Of a stretch of DNA of 64,000 bases, positions 13,373 through 25,489 are shown piece after piece. The position numbers were made by a program, and so were the translations under genes. The DNA is from Camelus ferus (Eukaryota): positions 60,204,001-60,268,000 of the forward strand of contig NC_045707.1 in assembly GCF_009834535.1 (NCBI RefSeq), in the 5' to 3' direction. Below the pieces are notes generated by a model. That model had not been told where the DNA came from. It did no database searches and saw nothing but the letters and a program-made list of their open reading frames with translations. Within the stretch, counting starts at the first letter, position 1. The number at the start of each line of letters is the position of its first letter.

Positions 13373-13459
13373 AACTTAAAAGATCCAGGACACTGGACCA
13401 CCATAGAGCCTCGAGGGCATTTGTTTTGATAGTTTAGGGGACTGGGCTCCAGATTCTAT

Positions 13460-13903
13460 CCCTTATTCTGAATCAATGAGCTCCAGCAGGGAACAGAAGG
13501 CTCACTGAAGGTGGAATGATTTGAGGAGGGTTTCATCATGTGTGGACAGGGTGGGGGGAAACCATGGGGTTGAGGGCAGCACTCTGGGCCCGAAGGCATA
13601 GAGGGGCAGGGAGTGGTCACAGAGTTGTGTGATGAGGAGGGGGACAACTGGCAGGAACAGTGACCTCCAGGAAAGGGACTCAGCTGGATGGTAGAGAAGA
13701 AACCAGGGAAAAGAACACCTTAACCTCGCTGGCCTCTCTGTCTCTGGATTTCTTGTCCCTGCTTGTCATCGGCTGAACTCAAGTGAAACCCAGAGTGCAA
13801 AGAAACCCACTGATGTGGTTCACAGAGGTACCTCCTGGAGCACAGAGCAGGGACGAAAGGGGAAATAAAAGGATAAGGAGGGGTGAACAGATGATAACCA
13901 GTA
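13460..13903 (-). mobile_element. LTR33-like ERVL solo LTR
   Basis: cagggaacagaaggctcact...tttgaggagggttt, catcggctgaactcaa...ccagagtgcaa, ggagcacagagcaggg. Confidence 0.6.
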
Positions 13904-14018
13904 TGGCTTTCAAGTAGAAATTTGGAGAAGGGATAATTCTACTACTGCCAAATAGTAGATCAATAGATAGGAAGACATACATAGATAGACTATTAACCTA
14001 GGTAACTAGATGACTAGC

Positions 14019-14470
14019 TATATTAATTTGCTAGGGCTGCTATGACACAGCACCATGAACAGGGTGGCTTCTACAATAGAAATTTATTGTCTCACAGTTC
14101 TGGAGGCCAGAAGTCCAAGATCCAGGTGCCACAGGGCTCCTTCCTTCCGAGCGCTGTGAGGCAGAATCCGTCTCATGCCTCCTCCTAGCTCTTGGTGGTT
14201 TGCTGTCCACCTTTGGTGTCCACCTTGGTTTGTACCCCCCTGAGTTCTGCCTCTGACTTCAGGTAGAGTTCTTACTGTGCACGTGTTGGTCTCTGTGTCC
14301 AAACTTCCCGTTTTTACAAGGACACCAGTCATATTGGACTAAGGCCCACCCTAATGACCTCATATTATTTCGCTTATCTGCAAAGACCCTATTTCTAAAT
14401 GCAGTCACATTTATAAGCACTGCAGCGAAGACTTCAGCATCTTGTAGGGGGACCTGATTCAACTCTGACA
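14019..14470 (-). mobile_element. MLT1C-like MaLR solo LTR
   Basis: tatattaatttgctagggctgc...agaaatttattgtctcacagttctggaggccagaagtccaagatc...aaggacaccagtcatattgga...ctgcaaagaccctatttc. 5-bp TSD ctagc/ctaac. Confidence 0.9.
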
Positions 14471-14843
14471 CTAACTTGATTCTTAGACCAGTGGTTCTCA
14501 GCTGATGGTACATTATCAATTGTGGGTTGTGACATTTACTGGATGGAATGAAAGGTTTCCATAAAACCTACTCTTACTTTGATTTGTGTTTTCTCATTTT
14601 TCCACCTTAACGATAAAATGTATGCCCCCCAAAAACACTGTAATTTATTGTTTTTTGTGTTTTCCAAGTCACCCTAGCATTTGATTATATGCTCAAGAGT
14701 ATTATTTCTATTTTAAAACACTAACGTAATTACTGTTTTGGGTTTTTTGTACATTAAAGTTTAACAACAACTCCCAACAAAGTAAGTGCAGTGTTTATTT
14801 CCTTTGAAAGAAAGAAACTATTTCTCTAATAGTAGAATCCCTC

Positions 14844-14844
<1 letters not shown>

Positions 14845-14874
<30 letters not shown>

Positions 14875-14997
14875 TCTTTTTGTGCGGGAAGGGAATTAGG
14901 TTTACTTATTTACTTTTGATGGAGGTACTGGGGGATTGAACCCAGGACCTTCTGCATGCTAAGCACACACTCTACCACTGAGCTGTACCCGCCTCCC
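14845..14997 (-). mobile_element. Vic-1 camelid tRNA-derived SINE (young copy)
   Basis: Minus strand has A box AGCTCAGTGGTAGAG, B box GGGTTCAATCCC and a 27-nt pure A run. Perfect 14-bp TSD agtagaatccctct at 14831-14844 and 14998-15011. Confidence 0.93.
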
Positions 14998-16569
14998 AGT
15001 AGAATCCCTCTAAACATATAAATATCGTTTTCGAAAAAAGGGGACCCAGGTTCTCTGATAAAGACAATATGAGCTCTAATATTTGAAAGGTTATAAATCA
15101 CTGCCTAAGATTCCTCTCAGCTCCATCTAATTTCTTTTGTAATACTAAAGATCAAAACTGGCCTTCAAATAGATTCTAAATAAACTCACACTTAAGAATG
15201 ATGCAATCATCTTTAAGATCACATATTTAAGGAAACCGATACTCAAACGATGTCATAAGATAACCAGCCAAAATTACCAGAGGTGGCTTTATGAATTACG
15301 TCCAGATTCTCTCTGAGGTACTGCTGCCAGACTTCCACCTTTATCAGAAAATATCCTGCCAATACTTCTCTCCAAGCCACACAGGCAATCGGGCAAGGCT
15401 TTACTTGAAAATAAAAAAGGCTGGAAAATTTCAGCTCAGTCTGGAGTGGTGAAAGACCTCGCTTGAAATATTTCAGTCATTTTAATTGAATATGCTATTT
15501 TAAGAAATAACTATGTCTGAGTACCTATTTTCATATTGCATTGCCATGCTCCAAAGCAAAGTCAAAGCCTAGTTATTTCCCCCAAAGTATATTCTCCTGT
15601 CAGTCTCCATCCTCGGTTCACTTAGAGAGACCTTCAGGGCCAGCACTTACTCTGCCGTTCGTTCGCTCAGTCATTCATTCCTCTTGATTTATGGAGCACC
15701 CACTACGGACAGACTCCCTTCTCTTTGCAAATTCCAAGTGCATTACTATTAGCACTGCCCTCTTGGCCAGGAACTAGGCTTGGTCTTCCAGAACATTAAA
15801 AGCTACTCTAAATTCTTTCCCCACTCTGGTTTTCCTTTTTTAAAGGAGCTAGAAGTATTTGGGGACTATGCAAATGCTGACCACCATGGGAATTTTGTTA
15901 TAATTGTTTTTTAATTGCTTGTGAGAGATTTTGCAAGATTTATGCATAAGTAGCTTTGGGTGTTTTCTAAAGGCTTAGTTCCAACATTATGACTGTTCAC
16001 TTCTTCTCTAACGGATGGCTTTGGTACTCTCAAGTCTCAACTAGGATGCTAAATCTGTTTCAGAAGAGATCTACAGTAATGTCCAATATGGTAAAACACT
16101 GGATTCAAGTCAACTGAAACGGACATGAAAGGATAGGTGGGTCCTAGACTGGGAAGAATGGGATTACTGAAAAGATGGTGAGGCAGAAAGAAATAGGCAG
16201 AAATTCAGGTACCAAAACAAGGATCGAGATACGAAGTTGGGCCCAGAAATAAGGTAGAAATTCTCAAGGTCACAGTTGGGCTAATGTTAAGATGTTAAGC
16301 TGAGTTACTTGCCAGTAAAACAAAATCCCTTGAATCGCTCCTAACTCAGGATTGGCCTCAGAGCCCAGGTATAGCTAACCCTGCAGAAGAGGTCAAGGAA
16401 GGGACACAGTACAGTTTGCAAAGCAGGCCCTGACGGCCCTAAACTTTCATTCATTGATTATTGGTTCCCCAATCACACAGGAACACCCATATGAGGACAT
16501 AGTTTGGGCTCTGCTTAGCACCAAAGCCAATGGAGAATTCTTTTTAGGCTCAGGAGAATATACACAAAT

Positions 16570-17250
16570 ATTTGTTCATGCATTTGACCAATGTATTGAG
16601 GGCCTACTCTTGGGCTCAGCCTTCGGCTGTGGATAAAGTGATGCACACGTCAGAAGGTACTTGTACGAGTGAAAGAGTGGGAGGAGATCGGGCCAGAAAG
16701 GAAAAGTAGAGGACAGATCACGCAGGGTGTTTGGGCCAGGTCAAGATGTTTGCATTTCTTCTGAAGGCAGAGATTGTCAGATGGATCAGTGACTGGCTCT
16801 GAGTTTGTTTGTTTCAGTAACTATCACTTGGTCACCGAGTAGAAAACAGATTGTAGAGGGGCAAAAATAACACTGAGATGGCTTAAATGATTTAACTTCC
16901 TACACGCCGGACACCTGGAGGTTACTGCAACGATCCCAGTGAAAAGTTTGGTGCCTCGGACTAGGTTGGATGTAATGGGATAGTGATGTTTTATATTTAT
17001 TTAGAGGAAGAACCAACAGGATTTGCTGAAGGATGGATGAATGAAGGAAGGAGAAAGTCCAAGTTTTTGGCCCAAGCAGTTGGAAAGATGGCTGTTGATA
17101 CCATAGTCCACAGTGGAGAAGAACTGTGAAGGAGTAGGTCTGGGAGAAAAATGAGGGGTTCTACTTTTAACAGATTAATATAGAGAAGTTAGACATTGAA
17201 GTGGGGCTCACATATAGGCCTGGGGTAGGAGAGGCCAGGGCTAAAGAGGA
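16570..17250 (-). mobile_element. L2 LINE relic including 3' end
   Basis: ttcatgcatttgaccaatgtattgagggcctact, cagatcacgcaggg, gaaccaacaggatttgctga, ccaagtttttggcccaagcagttggaaagatgg. Confidence 0.8.
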
Positions 17251-19029
17251 CTTAAAAGAATGTCCCAGTTTTCCTCTGAGTTTTACTTTGACCTTGAAAT
17301 GTCGTCTAAGTTTCTCCTATTTAATTTACTGTTAAAAGTATGTAAAATAGGATTTGTGACATTTATCAATGCTTTAAAATACTTTCTTAAAGCTTCCCCT
17401 CAGCCATCTGAAAATGCGACATGGAAGATGTTTGTTTTTATAAAAATCAACGAGTAAATAGTGTCAAGAAGCGGAAAACCTAAGTCCCTAATCTTCACAG
17501 AGTTCAAGTTCAAAAAATTAAGAAAATGACTGGAAGGAGTGTACTACCCAATGCTAATACTGATTTCTTAGAAAATTAGCTGGAAGTTATTGCACATAAT
17601 GTTTTACTTGAATTGAAAGCATATTTTCACTTTAAGACAAAAATAGTTACTGCCAAAATTAGACAACTATGGGTATAGTGCAGAAAATTACACATTTGAA
17701 AACAACTTGGCATTTGCCTATGTTCCAAATTTATATGAGGTCTGAATACTTCATACCTCCTTAAGACAAATACGTCATTCGTATTTAATTATTCTCTCTT
17801 CACAAAGGTGTCTCTGCATTTAAGGCCAGTCTGATAATATACACACATCCCCTGTGTAATAATGAATATGCATATGAATCATACCACAGAGGCTATCAAA
17901 GAAATTACATCATTCTTTTTTCCTTTTCTTTTCTTTCCTCATGAGATCTTCCTCTAATTGACCACAGAAAGATAAGAGCAGCCTGGTTGAGGCATGTTAC
18001 TCGATTTGCCAAGACTGATTTAACTGCTGTAGCTGAGAGGTGGCTGCCCTCCCTCCATCTCCTGCCTGTTCATTGACCCATCGTCGAAAAAAGGAGGCTC
18101 CTACTCAGAGCCTGAGACAACTGAGACTAGCTTTCACATCCCAGATGTGGAGAATGGTACCGTTCCTATTGATCAGTATTAAGTGAAATGCAGTACTCGG
18201 GAAAGCTTAAAAGGTCCTTTTTGTGCTGGTAAGGAAGTTCTTGCACAGCATCTGAGTACGTCTGAGGGAGCATGAAAAGCATGAAGAAGGGCTTGACACT
18301 CACATGTCAGCCCTCACAGAAAGCCTGAGTGATTTAACTGCCCGCACGCCCGCCTCAAGGGGATTCTCCACGCACCGTGTGTATCACAGGATGAAGTCAC
18401 TTCATCTATACATTATGATCCCGCTTTAACTAGCCTCTCTCTTCCTGTGACCCAGGAGATAGTTCTTCTTGGTAAAGAACACAGAGACTCTTTTGAATAT
18501 GTCCACACTTACTTCTCTCTTGCTGTAAAATGTTTTCTGTGTTTGTTTACATAGTAATTTGGAAAAACAATTTCTGGTGGGCAAGTATTGCTCTGTCTAA
18601 ACAATATTCAGAGATATTCCTGCTGCAAACATTTCAAAGTTATTTAACGTGTCTTTAATAACCAGAAATACTCCAACACTCAAAGGCCTGTTTTATTACT
18701 ACTAATTTTTCTTTTTTCTAAGTATTGAATTATAAGTGTACTGGTATTGTATGCAATCACCTATGATGCGAGTAAAAGGAGTCCCCCCATTGCAGCTGGC
18801 AGGAGGGGCCACCTGGCAGTGGATAAGACTCACCATTTCATTGAACCCTGGATGAACTAAGGCCCTGAATAGCAAACACAGCTTTTCTGTTTACAGAGCT
18901 TTTATCAAGTTGCACTGTGATCTTTGTGGCCCCAGGGCCCAAAATGATGGGGAAAGTGGAACCAGGATTACGTAGGGCATCTATTCCTACCCCACCCTCT
19001 TCCTTAATCACCTCGTCCACAGCTCTCTT

Positions 19030-19388
19030 CCCCTCTCACCCTGTAGTCTTAACTTGAAAATCTCATCCATTCCTAAAGATGGACCTAATACCTCCCTACT
19101 GATTCCTAAATGTGCGCCTCCAAGTCGTCTTCCTGACAGTCTACGGCTCCCCTCACCCCGGATCCCTCCAGACAACACAAATGTAACTTCACCAAAGCGG
19201 AACTCACCTTTTCTTTCCCAAGCCCTCCTGCTCCTCTGTTCTCTGTGACAGTCATAGACAATACACCATGTCAATCCCAACAGAAACCTGGGTGCCACCC
19301 CAGACTCCTCCAAAGCCTTCCTTCCACCAGCATCCATCCTCTGAGTGAACCCTGTTGGTTTGACACAGCATCTTTTATATCTGTCCCC
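19030..19388 (+). mobile_element. L2 LINE relic
   Basis: ctcatccattcc, accaaagcggaactca, cagaaacctgggtgccaccccagactcctcc. Confidence 0.65.
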
Positions 19389-19399
19389 ATATGAAGCTA

Positions 19400-19900
19400 C
19401 AATAATAAGATGTGTACCTATGGGTACAGTTAGGTATAAAAAGAGCGTGGCCAGATCAACTTGGGTTCAAAGGAGGTTAGCAATGTTCTTAGGAGAGGGT
19501 GACCTCTGAGCTGGGGCTGAAAGGAAGGTAGGTATCGAGGCCATTCCAGGCAATGATGGCAACATAACCAAGACACGATCGCAAGTCTTTTGTTTTACCT
19601 AGAACCTAAAGCTGAGTGTTATGGGGAGAACTTGGCAAGAAAGGAAAGTGAAGCAAGAAGCAGGGTTTAGGGAGCGTGGGCAGGTAGGAACCACTGCCAA
19701 GGCTTAAACTGAGGGAGGACAAAATCAGACTTACCTGTGAGAAAGCTGTCTGGTGCAGTGCGCAGGGTCGATGAGAAAGGGGACAAGCCTAGAAGAGGAG
19801 GCTGTTGCTATAATCCAGGTGCCAGGGAGGCCAGTCTGCACTACAGGTGTGTCTGCAGGGATGACAACAGACAGAGGCAGTGGTGAGGAGGCAGGACTTT
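19400..19900 (-). mobile_element. L2 LINE relic
   Basis: gggtgacctctgagctggggctgaaagg, cattccaggca, gacaaaatcagactt, ggaggctgttgctataatccagg. Confidence 0.7.
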
Positions 19901-19974
19901 AAGCCCCACTCTGGCTCTAATAGGGCAGCTTTGCCATCTCTCATATAGATGTTAAGCTTCCACGTAAGCTTTTC

Positions 19975-20600
19975 ATTTGAAGAAGGGTTTCTGCAGTTGG
20001 GAAAGCTCTGATCTGCAGGGTAAAACCTGGCCCACGGAGCCCTCAGTCACATGACCTCTGACCAGCTCCTCCTCCTCTCCTCTCTCCACTCCGTGCCTGG
20101 CCCTCCGCCTCCTGTGACAGGGACTTTGGGTGCTTCCCACACACACTGTGTGGGCTCTTTCTTGCCACAGTGCCTCTCTGCTTGACGTGCTCACGCCCTT
20201 CCCTGTTCTCTTTGTCCTAGCCATCACCTCTCGTAAGGGGCCTTCTCTGATCCCCTCAAATCCTGAACTTCCATCCCCACCCCAGCTCATCCTCCATCCC
20301 ACGTCCGCTGAGATCAGAATCTTCCTGATCTTCCCACTCCACAAAGAGCCTCTGAACATCAACTGTCCTTCTTTTCTAATCCAGCTATCAATGCTTAAGA
20401 TAAGCTTTTCTTTCTAATGTACTTTCCATTTGGATGGTTTTTGGTTCTTAGCTCCCCCAATAAACTCCAAACCCCTGAGGGCAAAGTCAATGCCTTCCTG
20501 GCTTTTTGTTTGTTTATTATAGGGGAGGGAAGATGTCTCTTTTATCACATCCAGCTGTCCACTGTACTTAGCAATTAGTTTTTAAGTGTGTGTTGATTTA
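19975..20600 (+). mobile_element. L2 LINE relic (3' part)
   Basis: catcacctctcgtaaggggccttctctga and cccctgagggcaaag, with tail tgttgatttaa. Confidence 0.55.
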
Positions 20601-20624
20601 ATTATCTTTTCTTTCTCTCCTTCT

Positions 20625-20642
20625 CTCTCTTTTCTTCTTTCC

Positions 20643-20678
<36 letters not shown>
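20625..20678. repeat. (TC)n/(CA)n compound microsatellite
   Basis: Read directly from the sequence. Confidence 0.9.
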
Positions 20679-20824
20679 TTTTTAACTCTTTTAATTACAC
20701 TGAATATTTGATGTCTTTGTAGTCCACATTGTAAAAGCAGATTACAAGTAAGATGATGTTACAATGAAATTCTTTCCCATTCTTCCACTGACAGATGTCC
20801 AAGACTAGAATAGACATGTTACAC

Positions 20825-21022
20825 TACTATGCACTGAATTGTGTCTCTCCAAAATTCATATCTTCAAGTCCTAACCTCCAATGTGACTGTATTTGGAGCT
20901 GGGGCTTTCAGGATGAAATTAAGGTTAAATGAGGTCATAAGAGTGAAGTCCTAATCCGACAGGATTGAAGATATAAGAAGAAAAAGATCTCTGTCTCTCT
21001 CCCTCCCTCCCTCTCTCTCTCT

Positions 21023-21057
<35 letters not shown>

Positions 21058-21268
21058 CCCACACACACACACACACACACACCCACATCAAGGAAGACAC
21101 GGCAAGAAAGTGGACCTCTGCAAGCCAGGGAGAGAGCCCTCACCAGAACCTGACGATGCTGGAACCCTCATCTGTCTTCCAGCCTCCAGAACCATGAGAA
21201 AATAAATTTCTGCTGTTTACCACCCAGTCTATGGTATTTTCTTACGGCAGCCTAAGTTAACTAAAACA
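20825..21268 (+). mobile_element. MLT1A/B-like MaLR solo LTR containing a (CT)n(CA)n microsatellite (about 20990-21085)
   Basis: tactatgcactgaattgtgtctctccaaaattcatat...aatgtgactgtatttggag...tgcaagccagggagagagccctcaccagaacc...agtctatggtatttt; ends actaaaaca. Confidence 0.9.
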
Positions 21269-21766
21269 AACATCAAAGTTAGGGCTGTTGGAAAGCTTCA
21301 GGGTAAAGGATTTCAGCTTGTACAAGGCCTTTGTCATGAGGGGTCCATTTGGAATATAATCTTAGATGCCAAATGCCATCACATTTTCTCAACCTAAAAA
21401 TTCACACCCTATCCACTCAAAAACAACAGATAATATGGTCTTAGATGAGAAAAGAATAATTTTATATACAATATATCTCAAATGGAAAATGGTAATACCT
21501 AAGGGGAAAAAAAATGAAAGAAAGTTCTTGATAAGACAATTAATTCAGATGTCTTCCTTCCTTGAAGGTCAGACTGTGGTTTCACTCTTTCCAAATGACA
21601 GCAATCAATTCCCAGTGGATAACAGGGCACTTTGTTACTTTCAAGATATGAGGAAAGATGTTGTGGTTCTCATGTAATAGGATCATAGATACCCAAGGCC
21701 ACACAGAAAATAAATGACGCTGGAGAGTCGGAACTCCATCTCAGCACTAATTAAAGCCACTCTTGC

Positions 21767-21909
21767 GGAGGGGAAGGTATAGCTCAGTGGTAGAGCATGT
21801 GCTTAGCATGCATGAGGTCCTGGGTTCAAACCTCAGTACCTTCATTAAAAAATAAATGAATAAACCTAATTACCTCCCCCAAAAATTAAAAAAAAAACAA
21901 CAACAACAA
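21767..21909 (+). mobile_element. Vic-1 camelid SINE
   Basis: ggtatagctcagtggtagagcatgtgcttagcatgcatgaggtcctgggttcaaacctcagtacc, aataaacctaattacctccccc, A-rich tail decaying to (caa)n. TSD is weak (ctcttg). Confidence 0.92.
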
Positions 21910-23832
21910 TACTCTCTTGGGTATAGGCACAGGGGAAAAAAGAAAAAAGGGAAGACATCTCTCAAAAGTTTTCTTCCTGTGGACCAACTAAATTCTTTTC
22001 ATACTTGTAGAATTTCTAGTGCAAAGGTATGACAGTGATTATCTAGAAGCAAAGAACAGAAATGCCTTCTAACATACTCTTGACAGGTAATGGAGCATCC
22101 TTCTCTTGAGTATACTTCCCATGACGCAAACCCCTTAACTTCTAAGTCAGCCAGTTCTATTATTGAACATTAAATCTTAGGATCTGAGGTTTAACCAAAA
22201 CACATTTAAAAAAAAAATCTTCTTTTGCAAATTCCTTCTGAAGCAAGATAAAAATGATGATTCTATGGCTGTTACACCCCCACAAGTGCCCTTCAAATAT
22301 TTAGAGAGTAAAATAACAGTCACGCCTGATTAAACATAGCCTATTCCTTCTGGTCTAAATCTTTTACTCATTTATAATGTTAATTTTTTTCACTTTTATT
22401 ACATTGGAGAGAAAGGAAGCCTATGTAATATCATTTTAATAAATAAGACTATGAAAGTGATTAACAGCTTTTAAAATCCCTGTTAGCAGAGCTCAGTCTT
22501 TTCTTTTTCTTTTTTTTTTTTTTTTTTGGAAACTTGCAAAGAAAGAAATGAGAAATATGCAATGGAGTAGCATGGGAGAAGAGAGATTCTCTCCTTCCCT
22601 TCTTTAGAGTTTTTTCCTTGATCACTAATTATGCAGACCAACTACAGAACAACTAGACATGGGAGGCGGGAGGAGGGGAAGAACCACAGATCCCCTGAAA
22701 AATGAGCACATGAGTTTTTTGTCTCACAGGATTCTCCGAGGAGTCCAGGAATCCAAAAAGGTTAAGAATCACTGAGGGAAACAGCCTTCCATAGACCTAA
22801 GACTCTAGCATCAAAAGGGTTAACTGTATGAATAGTCACTAAGTTGGTGCAGAGACAGGAATAAAGAGATTTCATTGGACTTTCAACCTCTGTAGACAAT
22901 GGATGGTGTTTGTTCGGTTAACTTTTCCAAAAATGACTTCCTGCCAAGCAGTGGGTTGCAACACTTGCTCACAATAGTCCGCACTTCCCACACAAGCCTC
23001 TGAGAAAACCCTGATTTCCGTGGACTGTTTCTGAGGAGTGCCATTATATTAGAGTCGAGAAAACGGAGTGGGAGGGAGGAGGGAAACACTGCATTCAATT
23101 CTCCTACAATCTATTTTTAACACGCCTGAGAAGGTTTTGAGCTATTAATGTAATGAGGCTGGATTCAAAAACAAACAAAAAAAAAGAGCAGCAGGGCAGC
23201 AAAGGCCCACCGGGGAGGGCGAGGTGGCTGAGTCCACAAGGATGCCAGCAGCTATTTCAGTATCACATGGATGTTCACAATACTCATCACCTTAACATTC
23301 AACTGGGGGAAATCTTGAGAAAAAGCAAGTGTATAATATGAATGAGTTAGCTTCTCCGTTGATTTTGTTTTTCACGGTCTTTGGTGATGCTTCATAATTC
23401 CCTGTAGCCCAGCTACTGAATTTTATGTTTCACATGCTTATCAGAGGAAATTTCTACCATCCTCCACCCTGGTACTGCTCTAGGTTCTTTTTCCTTTGGT
23501 CATAAAAAAAAAGAAAATACAGATTTGATCACCATGGCTGGGATTCAGGGCAGGTATTGATTGCTAAAACACCCAACGAACAGCTTAGCTAGTGTAGCAT
23601 CATTCAAGGTCAAGATGCAGCAGATTTTATGACACTGTGATGGCCGTGATGCTCTGCTGTTAAACTTCAGAACGACAATGCAATCAACAGCCATCACTCA
23701 GGGCAAATCTGAGACCCTTACGTGTATTATTTGTAAACACGTTTTGCAAGTTCACCCTCCCTTTATTCTCCAGAAGACCAGGTTGTCAGCCTGATTACTG
23801 GTGAACTAAGCAGGCATTAATTAAGAAAATTA

Positions 23833-24090
23833 TAATAGCAGTAATAGTAATAATAGCAGCTAGAATCCGTTAAATGCTTGATAGTGATTATATACAGTAC
23901 TGAGCACTTTACAAATGGTGTCTCATTTAATCCTTGTTTCTCCCATTTACAGACAGTAAAAGTGAGGCTCAGAAAAGTCAGTTACTTTTACATTACAAGG
24001 CAATGCTGCTAGTAAGTGGTGGAGCTGAGATTTAAATCAAATTCCATCTTTCTCCAAACCTCCATATTCTTAACCCCTATGATATATACA
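23833..24090 (-). mobile_element. MIR SINE
   Basis: gagcactttaca...tctcatttaatcct, cccatttacagacagtaaaagtgaggctcagaaaagt, gctagtaagtggtggagctgagatttaaa. Confidence 0.85.
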
Positions 24091-25141
24091 CTATTTTTAT
24101 CCATAGTCCTGGTCCACCCTGTGAATCACAAGAAATTTATATCAAGCAAGATAAACCACTTTCTTCTTAGAAAAATTTACCTGGCACTGTGTCTTAGAAT
24201 TTACTGCTCGGCCTCTCCAGTCTCCCAGTTGAGGTGAGGATGGAGGAAAAGAGAGCAGGCAGGTGGAGAAAACATGTCATCCGGTGGGCTCTCATTCTGC
24301 AAGACCAGCATCTTATTATTCCTTGGTCATCTCAGTCTAACATTCAACCTAAGAGAAACAGCTTCATACATTAGTCCAGCTCGTCTCAATGGAGCTTAAT
24401 AATCTGCCAAACACCAAGCCATCCTACTAGTATTGTTACTGCTATGAGTATATCGGTATCCTGACTAGTACCTACAGAACAGAACAGGACAATCATATTT
24501 CTTGACCAGGGGGCTATTAGGCCACTTAATGCTCCATGTGTCTTTTCTTTCCTTTTATTCTCTTTATTATAAATGTATAGGTGCAATAAAATAATTCACT
24601 AAAATGTCTAAAAAGAGGCATAACTTGAACTTGTCTGAAAGTTCAGGGATAATTAGAAATGGGAATACTTGGCAAAACTTCAGCATGAAAGGAAAGAGGA
24701 TGAAAAAAAAAAAGATTGCCCAGATTCACAGCGACATATGAAATGGATTTCTGGGATGTGATTCTCTGAGCCAGCCTCAATTCTCAACTCTCAGCATCTA
24801 ACTTTCCCTCCTTGGCCCACTTGCCTTCTGTTTTAAGCTGCCTCCTATCCACAGATCCTTATGCCACTTATGCTAGGACAAAAGTTATGCTTATTACTGA
24901 TAAATGGACAATCTCAATGATATTAAAATTAAGAAGGAAAAGAACCCTGAAATTTCTATGTAGAGCCAAACAATTTTACAAAGCTGTTTTGTTTTCATTA
25001 AGTAAATCATATATATTTATTAGAGATCATTTAGAAAATATAGAAAATATAAAGAAAATGAAAATTACCCATATTCATAGAAAGTGGAGATAACCACTAT
25101 TAATTTTTTTAACTTCTTTCAAATATTTATTCTCTGTCGAT

Positions 25142-25485
25142 ATTCATTCATTCATTCAACAAAAATTATTGAGTATCTACTATGTGCCAGGCAATGTTCT
25201 AAGTGTTGAAGATACAGAAGTAAAAAAAACAATGGCAAAAAATTTCTACCTAATGGAGCTTATATTCTAGTTGGGGGAGATAGATGATAACCCCCCTAAA
25301 ATGAGGAAATTATGTGGTATACCAGAAGATGGCAAGTGCTGTGGAGAAAAATACAGTTGGGAAGAGGGATTGGGTGTTTTGGGCTGGAGTGAGGGTTGTC
25401 ATTCTAGTTAGGGTGAGTCAGTCACTAAGAAGACGACAGTCCAGCAAAGCCTTGGAGAGGGTGAGACACAAATCCATACAGATAG
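25142..25485 (-). mobile_element. L2a 3' end
   Basis: (attc)n tail, ttattgagtatctactatgtgccaggcaatgttctaag, atggagcttatattctagttggggga. Confidence 0.85.
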
Positions 25486-25489
25486 TTCA

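Noticed and set aside
14940..14997. tRNA genes suggested by A/B boxes here and at about 21775, 29590 and 31715
   Set aside because: Each continues into the same SINE body and A-rich tail, two with clear TSDs. They are Vic-1 SINE heads, not tRNA genes.
19973..20417. 129-aa and 95-aa overlapping ORFs
   Set aside because: They lie within a decayed L2 3' region whose composition suppresses stop codons.
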